Source of the DNA: an uncultured bacterium
GTDB taxonomy: Bacteria > Vulcanimicrobiota > Xenobia > Xenobiales > Xenobiaceae
Length of the DNA: 64,000 nt
Reading direction: 5' to 3'
NCBI GenBank assembly: GCA_934636825.1
Contig: CAKUBG010000013.1
Span: 1,234-65,233, forward strand
The notes beneath the pieces are model-generated. The model was not told where the DNA came from. It saw nothing but the letters and a program-made list of their open reading frames with translations, and made no database searches. The position numbers and the translations under genes are program-made. Numbering within the stretch: the first letter of the stretch is position 1; each line of letters starts with the position of its first letter. This document shows positions 19,304 through 27,424 of this stretch, piece by piece.

Positions 19304-20149
19304 TTAGCGTAAATTTAGTAATTGATATTCGCTCAATTCTGGATGCTCGAAATTATAATCTAATTTGCCAATATAGTGAGCCCAAGAACCAGTTTGGACT
19401 ATAAAATTGTCGTTGATTTTTATCGGCTCGGCAAGCACGGTGTGACTGTGACCGCCCAGAATCCAGGTGCCTTTGGGCAATTGGGCTGCCAAAACTTTAT
19501 CTCTTTCCAGTCCCAAGTGGCTTAAAACGATTAGGCGCAATGGCTTATCTAACAACTTAGAACAACGTTCGGCTAAAAGTGGCAAAACCGTCTCAGCTTC
19601 AAAAAATCTGAAGCCGAAAATCTTTTCCCAAATGGCATTGTGAGGGTATTGGACAGGAACCGCAGCCAAGAGAAGCAGTGGGTAGTGTTTTGACCAGTTT
19701 TTGTTATACAGTGACAAAGCTGAAACCCAGCGTTTGGAAGATAAGTCTCGCCACAATTTCGCTTTACGCCAGCTACTGTCTTGGCAATTTACTTCCGGAA
19801 CTGAGTTCAGTTGTTTTATCAATTGTTCGTCAGTTAATTTTCCGTCTTGTCTAATGTCGACAAGATTGCTGCAAAGCAAAGGAAAAGAGCGCTGTGCAGC
19901 TCTTTTGTCCAAAATGCGACGCTGATAATTAAACTCTCTATTGCCCATAGCCATAGAGGCACAAAAAATTGAGCCCATTTTTTCTAAATTTGGCTCATAA
20001 TTTTTCCACACTGTATTGGAGCCAAGCAAAGCATCGCCACTGTCAAAATATAGAGCTTGACCTTGGGCTAATGATTGCTTGGCATTGGCTTTTAACCAAT
20101 CTAGGGCTTCTGCGTGCCCATGCATGTCATTTGTATGATAGATGAGCAC
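19304..20149 (-). CDS. Calcineurin-like metallophosphoesterase resembling the UshA/5'-nucleotidase N-terminal domain
   Basis: Metal-ligand motifs HTNDMHGH, FDSGDALLGSN and GGHSHT. 281 aa, with no C-terminal nucleotidase domain. Confidence 0.7.
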   Translation of the reverse strand: MLIYHTNDMHGHAEALDWLKANAKQSLAQGQALYFDSGDALLGSNTVWKNYEPNLEKMGSIFCASMAMGNREFNYQRRILDKRAAQRSFPLLCSNLVDIRQDGKLTDEQLIKQLNSVPEVNCQDSSWRKAKLWRDLSSKRWVSALSLYNKNWSKHYPLLLLAAVPVQYPHNAIWEKIFGFRFFEAETVLPLLAERCSKLLDKPLRLIVLSHLGLERDKVLAAQLPKGTWILGGHSHTVLAEPIKINDNFIVQTGSWAHYIGKLDYNFEHPELSEYQLLNLR

Positions 20150-20168
20150 TACTTTGCTCCACTTTAAG

Positions 20169-20729
20169 CTAGCTTTTTTGGGCAGATCGCTCTTTAGCTA
20201 CTTGATCGTATACTTGGCGATAACGTTCCAAACCGATAGCGTTCATAATTACGGCTCCGTAACCTATAAGCCATCCCACTCCTGCTAAAGCTGGGCCACC
20301 TATTGAAAGGCCTAACCAAAGCCCCAAACAGCCAAAAATTAGGCTGGCCAACATGGGCTTAGAGTCGAGGGATATGGAATAACCGAAAGATACCCCTATA
20401 AGAGCTCCTACCAAACCGTAGTAGGCTCCTTTAGATATATCGGCTGAAGTAGTGGCTACGGCTACACTAGCTTTGGCAGCTTGAATTAAAGGAGAGGCAG
20501 ATTGTCCTACGTCGATTATTGAGTTGGCTCCCCATAAGAAGCCCATTAACAATCCTATACCGGCGAAACCATAGCAATACCAACGTTTTTGATCTTTGGT
20601 AAGAAAAGCCGTAGGAGCTTCAGATGATTGTTGCTCTGAAGATACAGAAGACGTCTTGTTGTTATCGACTTGAGATTGCATATTCTTTTTGTCTTTTTTT
20701 TTGTTTTCTTTAGAAGAGGTTGAACTCAT
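20169..20729 (-). CDS. Small membrane protein with a Ser/Gln-rich N-terminus and Gly-zipper TM helices
   Basis: Three or four predicted TM helices with GxxxG-type motifs. No recognisable family. Confidence 0.5.
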   Translation of the reverse strand: MSSTSSKENKKKDKKNMQSQVDNNKTSSVSSEQQSSEAPTAFLTKDQKRWYCYGFAGIGLLMGFLWGANSIIDVGQSASPLIQAAKASVAVATTSADISKGAYYGLVGALIGVSFGYSISLDSKPMLASLIFGCLGLWLGLSIGGPALAGVGWLIGYGAVIMNAIGLERYRQVYDQVAKERSAQKS

Positions 20730-20737
20730 AATTTATG

Positions 20738-21703
20738 TCAGTCCTTCGGAGAAAGTTTAGCCAGCTGTTGAATCTGTTTCCAATGCTTGAGAGGAAGCTG
20801 GCGCATGGCTGTTTGGCGCATGGAAGTTTTGTGGGTATCAATGGGATCGCCAGACCAAATTGCTTGGCCTGCTGGTACATCCTTGTCGACGCGAGAACGG
20901 GCTGCTACTGTGGCAAAATCTCCGATCTGGCGGCCTTCTTCCACTAAGCATTGACCGGCTGTAATAGATAATTTACCTAAACTTACATTTTGTTGTAAGC
21001 AATTTTGAGAAATGACAATAGCTAGGGGAGCGATTTTTGCGCCTTTTTCAAAGCAAGCTAAATTATCTATACGGACCCCGTCTTGAATAAACGCGTGGTC
21101 GCCGATAAAGCAGCGAGCACCTATTTCTATATCGTTCCCCAAAACGGAATCGTCTTCAATAATGGTAAGTGGGCCTACCAAACTCTTTGTGCCCAATTTT
21201 ACGTTTGCACCCACAGAAACGCCTGGCATAAGACGCGTATTGGCTCCTATAGAGCTATTGCTGCCGATACTGGCATGGGCCATAATTTGGCAATTGTCAG
21301 CAACTATAGCATTGTCGCCGATAATAGCAAAAGGGCCAATATATGCTGTTGGTGCAATTTGAGCCGAGTCGCTGACTTGGGCATTAGGATGAATGCCTGG
21401 CTCGTGCAAATGCGTAGGGTAGAATAATCCCAAAAGTATAGCAAAGGCAATGCGGGCATTTTTTACCTTAATAGCAGGTATCTCCGTATCTAGCTCTTCA
21501 GGGATGATGACTGCGGAAAAACCGAGAGATTCAGCTTCTTTCAGGCCGTTCTCTTTTTCTGCAAAAGTTAAAGCCTGGCTAAGAACGTGCTGGGAAGCTG
21601 CATCTAATCCCGTAACAACATTAATAGTGTGGGAAGCGTATTCTGGATTGTTCAGGCTGCCTTGCAAAAGTTCAGCCAATTCTCCTAAAGTTTTTACCAC
21701 CAT
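20738..21703 (-). CDS. lpxD: UDP-3-O-acylglucosamine N-acyltransferase LpxD (full length)
   Basis: N-terminal uridine-binding-like domain followed by hexapeptide repeats (PTAYIGPFAIIGDNAIVADNCQIMAHASIGSNSSIG) and a C-terminal helical region. 10-nt overlap with the upstream TldD-like gene. Confidence 0.8.
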   Translation of the reverse strand: MVVKTLGELAELLQGSLNNPEYASHTINVVTGLDAASQHVLSQALTFAEKENGLKEAESLGFSAVIIPEELDTEIPAIKVKNARIAFAILLGLFYPTHLHEPGIHPNAQVSDSAQIAPTAYIGPFAIIGDNAIVADNCQIMAHASIGSNSSIGANTRLMPGVSVGANVKLGTKSLVGPLTIIEDDSVLGNDIEIGARCFIGDHAFIQDGVRIDNLACFEKGAKIAPLAIVISQNCLQQNVSLGKLSITAGQCLVEEGRQIGDFATVAARSRVDKDVPAGQAIWSGDPIDTHKTSMRQTAMRQLPLKHWKQIQQLAKLSPKD

Positions 21704-23013
21704 AATTCCGGATAATCACTCCAAGTTTCTGCTGGATCTATATCAGCTTCTTCTAAAGTTAAATTGCGTACAGCAATAGGCGGGCACATGGTACGTCCGT
21801 TTAGAACTGACTCATAGCCTAAACCTAGCAAATTAGCACCGAATAAATCGGTATAGTTGGCTCTGACTATAAATTGAGGCACTCTGCATATCGGCTTTCC
21901 GTGTTGCAAAAGAAAAGCTATTTCGCAGCGTCGGGCAAATTGTCCCGGCTTTTTTAAATGCGGAGGCAGAGGAGTTAGGCGATCCAAAAGAATACCAAAA
22001 TCTGCTTTGGCACATAATTCTCCCAAAGAAGCTGTGCCTCTTTCCAAGCATAAATTTGAGTAACCTGGCCTGGGTGGTTGGCCCCAAGGACGCACTGCCG
22101 AGCCTTGGGGATTTATTTTACACTCCCTAGCCGTTTTTAAGTCGTAGAGCCCTTTAACTAATTCACCTTGCTGAATCAGAGGCAGTCTTATTTTAGTAAT
22201 TCCTTCACCGTCGAAAGGAACTGTGCCAAAGCCACCTGGTAAAGTCCCGTCGTCGATAATGTTTATGCAAGGTGCCAGCCAAGGACGCTTCTGGGGCAAG
22301 GTGCCGAACAAAGGCGAGTCGGCATAAAGCATATCTTGAGTAAAATCTTCTAACAATTTTCCGCAAGCACTCGAAGTAAAAACTCCAGGTAGTAAATAAC
22401 TGTCCGGCCAGGCCATTTCACTGGAATGGACAGAACGCCACATTAGCTTGCACAGCAAATCGGAAGGGGAATGCTGGGCGGAGGTACTGTAAATAGCATC
22501 TCCTACAGGGATATTTTCATTGGAATTTAGGGTGAGCAAATGGAGAATACGGCTGGCACAACGCTCTCCGCTTCTGGTTGTCAGTTTAAAAGTATGTTGA
22601 AGCAATCTGGCACTTAACGAAAAGCGTCTGTGGGGCAGAAGAGAAGGAAGCATAAAATCCAAGCTTTGAATCAGTGTTTGGAACTTAGTAATCGAATCTT
22701 CTAATTGCTGTGAGGCTTCTGCTGCTCCTGTAGTCAGAGACGGCGCTATGAGCCCTTTTTGTGAAAAAGAACCGCGTCTTCCTGTAGCTGCATTCTGGAC
22801 TGCTTTTTGTAGCAAGTCGTTGATAGAAAATTCGCCCTCAGACCAGACATATCCGAGCCTGCCTTCTACGTTTAAGCGCAAACCTAAACCGGATCTAAAA
22901 TTGCGTTGCTCCGGCTGAGCCAAATTTACTTCCGTATATACTTCTTCGGCAACTTCAGCATCTCTGGCCATACCAAGAGCTTTTAAAAGCAATTGTTTTG
23001 CATAACTGGCCAT
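21694..23013 (-). CDS. TldD/PmbA-family metallopeptidase-like protein
   Basis: N-terminal TldD/PmbA pattern (AEVAEEVYTEVNLAQPEQRNFRSGLGLRLNVEGRLGYVW). C-terminal GFGTVPFDGEG motif. Confidence 0.7.
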   Translation of the reverse strand: MASYAKQLLLKALGMARDAEVAEEVYTEVNLAQPEQRNFRSGLGLRLNVEGRLGYVWSEGEFSINDLLQKAVQNAATGRRGSFSQKGLIAPSLTTGAAEASQQLEDSITKFQTLIQSLDFMLPSLLPHRRFSLSARLLQHTFKLTTRSGERCASRILHLLTLNSNENIPVGDAIYSTSAQHSPSDLLCKLMWRSVHSSEMAWPDSYLLPGVFTSSACGKLLEDFTQDMLYADSPLFGTLPQKRPWLAPCINIIDDGTLPGGFGTVPFDGEGITKIRLPLIQQGELVKGLYDLKTARECKINPQGSAVRPWGQPPRPGYSNLCLERGTASLGELCAKADFGILLDRLTPLPPHLKKPGQFARRCEIAFLLQHGKPICRVPQFIVRANYTDLFGANLLGLGYESVLNGRTMCPPIAVRNLTLEEADIDPAETWSDYPELWW

Positions 23014-23014
23014 A

Positions 23015-23707
23015 CTATCTGTCGCTCCCTAAAAGTAATACTCTGTAGGGAAGTACTTCTTGCTTAGACAACTTGTCTAGTTCTTCTTCTGAAGAATGTT
23101 CAAACTGAAGTCGCCATAATTCTTCTTTCTCAGATAGACAACTTAGCTTGGCGCCGTTTATGGCCGCCCATTGACGCACTACGCGTCTGCTGTTCTGATC
23201 GTCTAGATAAAGCTGGCAAAACTTGAGGTTCTGACGTGTTACCATATTTACAAAAACTTCCAAACAAGAGGCTGCTTCTTTGGCAGAGGCACCGCGCATA
23301 TCCAGGCAAGGTACTCCTTTAAAGGCCAAAGCGGGAATGTGGGAGGTTCCCTTAAGCAAATCTTGTTTTAATTGCTCTGAACTATGAGAAACCGTTTCAG
23401 AGGTTTCGGGAAGAACTTTATAATGTTCCAAGATGACCTCTGTTTGTTGATCCCAATAACGGCGAAAAGTTCCTTGCAAACCTTTGACCAGAAAAGCTGT
23501 CGGCAAACCGGGAGCAAAACGCTCCAGATTGATGTACACTCGTTTGGAAGGTTCATCTAAATGAAAACTCACCAAGCGTATTCCCTCGTGGCCAAAAGTT
23601 TTCTCTAATTTTTCAAAAATTTCTTCAGGAGTGTACTGATTCATAGTTGTGCCGGTTCTTTGCTTCGAAAAAAATCGATGTAAAAGATAGAAAAGAATCT
23701 CTCCCAT
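23015..23707 (-). CDS. Hypothetical protein, first gene of the minus-strand lipid A operon; start uncertain
   Basis: ORF of 230 aa or ~209 aa ending 1 nt before the TldD-like gene. No clear RBS at either candidate start. No recognisable family. Confidence 0.4.
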   Translation of the reverse strand: MGEILFYLLHRFFSKQRTGTTMNQYTPEEIFEKLEKTFGHEGIRLVSFHLDEPSKRVYINLERFAPGLPTAFLVKGLQGTFRRYWDQQTEVILEHYKVLPETSETVSHSSEQLKQDLLKGTSHIPALAFKGVPCLDMRGASAKEAASCLEVFVNMVTRQNLKFCQLYLDDQNSRRVVRQWAAINGAKLSCLSEKEELWRLQFEHSSEEELDKLSKQEVLPYRVLLLGSDR

Positions 23708-23829
23708 CCAATGGGAGCACGTGTAACCAACTTCGCCCTCTTAAGCGGTGCCTGTAACAGTAAAGCGGCTAAAACAGTGGTTGCTTCATACCCTTTGTTT
23801 TTAGCCGCTTCACAAAATGGCAAGTACTG

Positions 23830-25479
23830 CTAGAAAACAGCTGTGCCGGGATCTTTCTTCGCCATTTGATAGAACTCTTGCCAAAGCTTTTTCTCTTTGT
23901 TCATGCGTTCTACACTGACATTTTTCTCTTTAATCTTGGCCACAATTTCTTCTCGGCTACTGTTCACTTCCTTAAAGCGTCCGGGTTTCCAAGAGTATTG
24001 ATCTAAGTTGTAAATATCACGATTGCGGAACTCACCCAGCTTGTAAAGCACAGCGTAGTTCTTTTCTTGATAATATAAAGTCTCAAAGGAAAATGGGTTG
24101 GTCCTATAGGCTTTCTCAAAATATTTATTGGCATTGTAGAAATAGTTTTCTACCGGACCATTCTTATCTTGAGTTTTGTCTCCCACGCGCATACGCTCAT
24201 AACGATAGATGCCTATTCTGAGTTGACTTTGTCCGGCACTAAATTGGAACGAGGAATAAGTCCAGCAACCCACAATCATAATGATAATGAGAGGTATGAC
24301 CACCAAAGAAATTACGCTGGCCGCTTTGTAAGCTGCAGTCGAATCGCCTTTGTCTTTGGGAGCGTTGCCTGAAACGATGCGCTCTCTGGCTGCATAAAAA
24401 TCTTGTTCGATAGTTTCTTTAGTTTTGGAAGCTAAAGCTCTTATTTTGGGAGCAAAACGATCCGAACCTAAAATTTTTGTGCATATATCAACAGCCGCAT
24501 CGAGGAAACCAGAGTGCCCGAGCTCTTCAGCCATAAGCAACCAATCTTCAGGATCGCTGGTTGGAATTTCCTGAATCATTTCACCCGGCCTAATAGAATC
24601 ATCTAAGCCTAGAGCTTTGCTTAAATGTACGGCCGCTCTTTCCGGTTCGCCCACTGCCATAGAACAAAGACCTAATCCGTAGTGGGCGTCGATGTTATTA
24701 GGGAAGCGTTTTAAACTGTTTTGAATGTCAAAATGCAGCTCAGAGAACTTCTCTTTGTCGAAAAGCTCTAGCTGTTCTTCGGTAAAAATATTAGCAATTT
24801 TGCGCGGACCTAGCGGAACTAATGGCGGTACTTGAGGAACACGAGGAGCTTCCTGCGTACCTAATGCAGCTTGTCCCGAAGGTTGAGTAGGGGCGGCTGC
24901 TTCCTGAACTGGGGAAACCACCGGCCGTTCTGTTTGTATAGGCCTAGGCTGTGGCGGTCTACCGGGTTGAGCTGCTCCTTGCTGTTGAGGCGGATATCCC
25001 GGTTGCATGGGCCTAGGCTGTGGCGGTCTACCGGGTTGAGCTGCTCCTTGCTGCTGAGGTGGATATCCCGGTTGCATGGGCCTAGGTTGAGGCGCCCTAC
25101 CGGGTTGAGCTGCCCCTTGCTGCTGAGGAGGATACCCCGGTTGCATGGGTCTAGGTTGAGGCGGTCTGCTTGGTTGAGCTATTCCTTGCTGCTGAGGAGG
25201 GTATCCCGGACGCATAGGTCTAGGTTGAGGCGCCCTACCGGGTTGAGCTATACCTTGCTGCTGCGGTGGGTATCCCGGTTGCATAGGTCTGGGCTGGGAA
25301 GGAAAGCCCTGAGGTGAATGTATTTCCGGACGAGGCATGGCGCGGTGTGGAAAAGCCGCTCCAGATTGAGATCCATTAGCGTTGGGCCCTTGAAGATGAA
25401 GCGCATTCGCAGAACGCGGTTGTTCATCCTGAGTATTCTGCGTATTCAAATTATGGCGAGGCGGCAGTTGCAAGCTCAC
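23830..25479 (-). CDS. Pro/Gln-rich tandem-repeat protein with TPR-like region and a single TM helix
   Basis: GTG start with AAGGATG RBS. Six-plus copies of the 23-aa unit RPMQPGYPPQQQGAAQPGRPPQP. TPR-like helices. TM helix ISLVVIPLIIIMIVGCW. ~150-aa C-terminal domain. Confidence 0.6.
   Translation of the reverse strand: MSLQLPPRHNLNTQNTQDEQPRSANALHLQGPNANGSQSGAAFPHRAMPRPEIHSPQGFPSQPRPMQPGYPPQQQGIAQPGRAPQPRPMRPGYPPQQQGIAQPSRPPQPRPMQPGYPPQQQGAAQPGRAPQPRPMQPGYPPQQQGAAQPGRPPQPRPMQPGYPPQQQGAAQPGRPPQPRPIQTERPVVSPVQEAAAPTQPSGQAALGTQEAPRVPQVPPLVPLGPRKIANIFTEEQLELFDKEKFSELHFDIQNSLKRFPNNIDAHYGLGLCSMAVGEPERAAVHLSKALGLDDSIRPGEMIQEIPTSDPEDWLLMAEELGHSGFLDAAVDICTKILGSDRFAPKIRALASKTKETIEQDFYAARERIVSGNAPKDKGDSTAAYKAASVISLVVIPLIIIMIVGCWTYSSFQFSAGQSQLRIGIYRYERMRVGDKTQDKNGPVENYFYNANKYFEKAYRTNPFSFETLYYQEKNYAVLYKLGEFRNRDIYNLDQYSWKPGRFKEVNSSREEIVAKIKEKNVSVERMNKEKKLWQEFYQMAKKDPGTAVF
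24946..25302. repeat. About 5.5 imperfect tandem copies of a 69-nt in-frame coding repeat (23-aa Pro/Gln-rich unit)
   Basis: Unit GGCCTAGGCTGTGGCGGTCTACCGGGTTGAGCTGCTCCTTGCTG(T/C)TGAGG(C/T)GGATATCCCGGTTGCATG recurs head-to-tail with point substitutions. Confidence 0.8.
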
Positions 25480-25876
25480 TTGACTACATCCTTTTTTTTA
25501 CCTATCCGGAGGCAATTTTCTGATTTTCTGAACTTTGCTAAAAAGCGCAAAAGAAATCGGTTCTGTCGACTAGAATTCCGCTGCTGGCAAAGCGCATGTG
25601 TGAGCGGAAAAACTAATTCCGAAATCGAAAAGCATAAGGGTGTGCATATTAGACAAAAAGCGACTATCACCTTTTGCCTAGGTCGATTTCGACATATTGA
25701 AAGATTGAATTTAGGCAGCCTAGTTGATGGACTGGCCGCAACATATATTGATAGAAGTTCAATCCTCTGAATGGCAAGGAAAAAAAATGTTGTTTTTTGT
25801 ATATGATAAAGTGTGGGGGCGAAGAAAAAGGTTTCGCTATAGGGCGTTGGCTCGGAGAGATGCTGGAGGAAAATAT

Positions 25877-26563
25877 ATGGTTAGATTCAGAGGACAACTT
25901 TGGATATGGCTGGCAATGTTGTTTACGATGTGTGGTTGTGGCGGAGGCGAAACTACTACAAACAATGCAGAGCAATATGCCAAAACTCCTGCAGCAGCCC
26001 TTTCCGAACAGTCTGAAAGCCAACAGATTGGAAACGTTCAAAAGCAAAGCCAGGCTTCGGGTGAAACAGGCAAGCAAGCTGAAATCGTAAAAGATAAAGA
26101 AGGGACTTCTGCTACTTCCATGTCCAACGATCAGGGAGTCGATTCTATATCTATTGCGGCTAAAGGCGAATCGCCTTGGAGTTTAAAAGCCAGCCGAATC
26201 GACTACGATGATGTAAGTAAAAAAGCTCGAGCTTCTTCTATTACTTGGAATTTACTTGATAAAGAGGGACATTCTCTTCTTCAGCTTCAGGGCGATGCTG
26301 CTGTAGTTAATACAGAAACTCAGGGCTTGGCTTTTGAAGGGCCTGTTCATGCTGTCGGTCCCAAGGGTGAAAAGATTGTTTGTAACAAATTGATTTGGGA
26401 CAGCAAGTCCAGAAAGTTGCGCGGCTCGCATGGAGTAAAGGTAGTTCGTGAAGGATCTACTATGACTGGGAAAAATATGGTGGCTTCTCCGGACCTCAAG
26501 CATGTTGAAGTTGAAGGCGATGTGCGTGTTTATTTCAATTCCGGTTTAGAATCGAACCAATAA
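25877..26563 (+). CDS. LptC/LptA-family (OstA-like beta-jellyroll) LPS transport protein; start revised
   Basis: Strong RBS GGAGGAAAATAT precedes the ATG. N-terminal hydrophobic anchor. Immediately upstream of lptB. C-terminal region of alternating hydrophobic beta strands. Confidence 0.55.
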   Translation: MVRFRGQLWIWLAMLFTMCGCGGGETTTNNAEQYAKTPAAALSEQSESQQIGNVQKQSQASGETGKQAEIVKDKEGTSATSMSNDQGVDSISIAAKGESPWSLKASRIDYDDVSKKARASSITWNLLDKEGHSLLQLQGDAAVVNTETQGLAFEGPVHAVGPKGEKIVCNKLIWDSKSRKLRGSHGVKVVREGSTMTGKNMVASPDLKHVEVEGDVRVYFNSGLESNQ

Positions 26564-26581
26564 AAGTATGGGGAATAACAC

Positions 26582-27415
26582 ATGGCTATCAAGGCTGAAG
26601 GATTAGTAAAAATATATAAAGATCGGCGAGTGGTTGATGGTGTAAATTTTGAGGTTAATCCTGGAGAGGTCGTGGGGCTTTTGGGAGCTAATGGAGCCGG
26701 CAAAACGACCACGTTCTATATGGTAGTGGGATTGATTAGGCCCAATGGAGGCAGAATTTTTCTTAACGGTCAAGATGTTACCCATTTGCCTATGCATGTA
26801 CGCGCACGCTTGGGAATAGGATATTTGCCTCAGGAGGCTTCCGCTTTTCGCAAACTTAGCGTAGAAGATAATCTTCGTCTGTTATGGCAGATCAATGGAG
26901 TATCTAAAAAAGAACAGGCCGAGCGCCTGGAAAGGCTGTTGGATGAATATCAATTGCACAAAGTTCGTCGCAGCAAAGCAGTAGAATTGTCCGGAGGCGA
27001 GAGACGCCGTTTGGAAATTGCCAGATCGCTGGCTATAAAGCCACAATTCCTTCTGCTTGACGAGCCGTTCTCTGGTGTAGACCCCATAGCCGTGGCTTCT
27101 ATTCAGAAAATTATTCGTAGTGTTAAAGCTCAAGGCTTGGGAGTGCTTATTACAGACCATAATGTGCGCGAGACTTTAGCTATCACAGATAGAGCTTATA
27201 TTATTCGTGAGGGCCGGATTCTTGTTTCCGGAACGGCAGTAGAATTAGCTAACAACCCAGATGCTCGTAAATACTATTTGGGAGAAGCTTACCGAACCGG
27301 GTTTGAAAATGAACAAACCGCCGCAGAAGTAGCTAAAGCTAAAATTGAGGAAGAGGCTGATAGCTTGAAAATGGCCGAAGAAGAAAAACTGCACCAAGCT
27401 GAAAAGGCAGACTAA
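26582..27415 (+). CDS. lptB: LPS export ABC transporter ATP-binding protein LptB
   Basis: Walker A GANGAGKTT. Signature LSGGERRR. Walker B LLLDEP. LptB-type C-terminal extension. Confidence 0.85.
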   Translation: MAIKAEGLVKIYKDRRVVDGVNFEVNPGEVVGLLGANGAGKTTTFYMVVGLIRPNGGRIFLNGQDVTHLPMHVRARLGIGYLPQEASAFRKLSVEDNLRLLWQINGVSKKEQAERLERLLDEYQLHKVRRSKAVELSGGERRRLEIARSLAIKPQFLLLDEPFSGVDPIAVASIQKIIRSVKAQGLGVLITDHNVRETLAITDRAYIIREGRILVSGTAVELANNPDARKYYLGEAYRTGFENEQTAAEVAKAKIEEEADSLKMAEEEKLHQAEKAD

Positions 27416-27424
27416 AAATACGTT

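Noticed and set aside
24946-25302. Possible CRISPR-like array suggested by the regular direct repeats
   Set aside because: The repeats are head-to-tail with no spacers, they are in-frame coding (23-aa units), and no cas genes are nearby.
24871-25770. Plus-strand ORFs 24871..25317 and 25318..25770 opposite the Pro/Gln repeat gene
   Set aside because: They are generated by the 69-nt tandem repeat read in another frame or strand (repetitive RLRRPTGLS products), with no RBS. The minus-strand repeat protein is the coherent gene.
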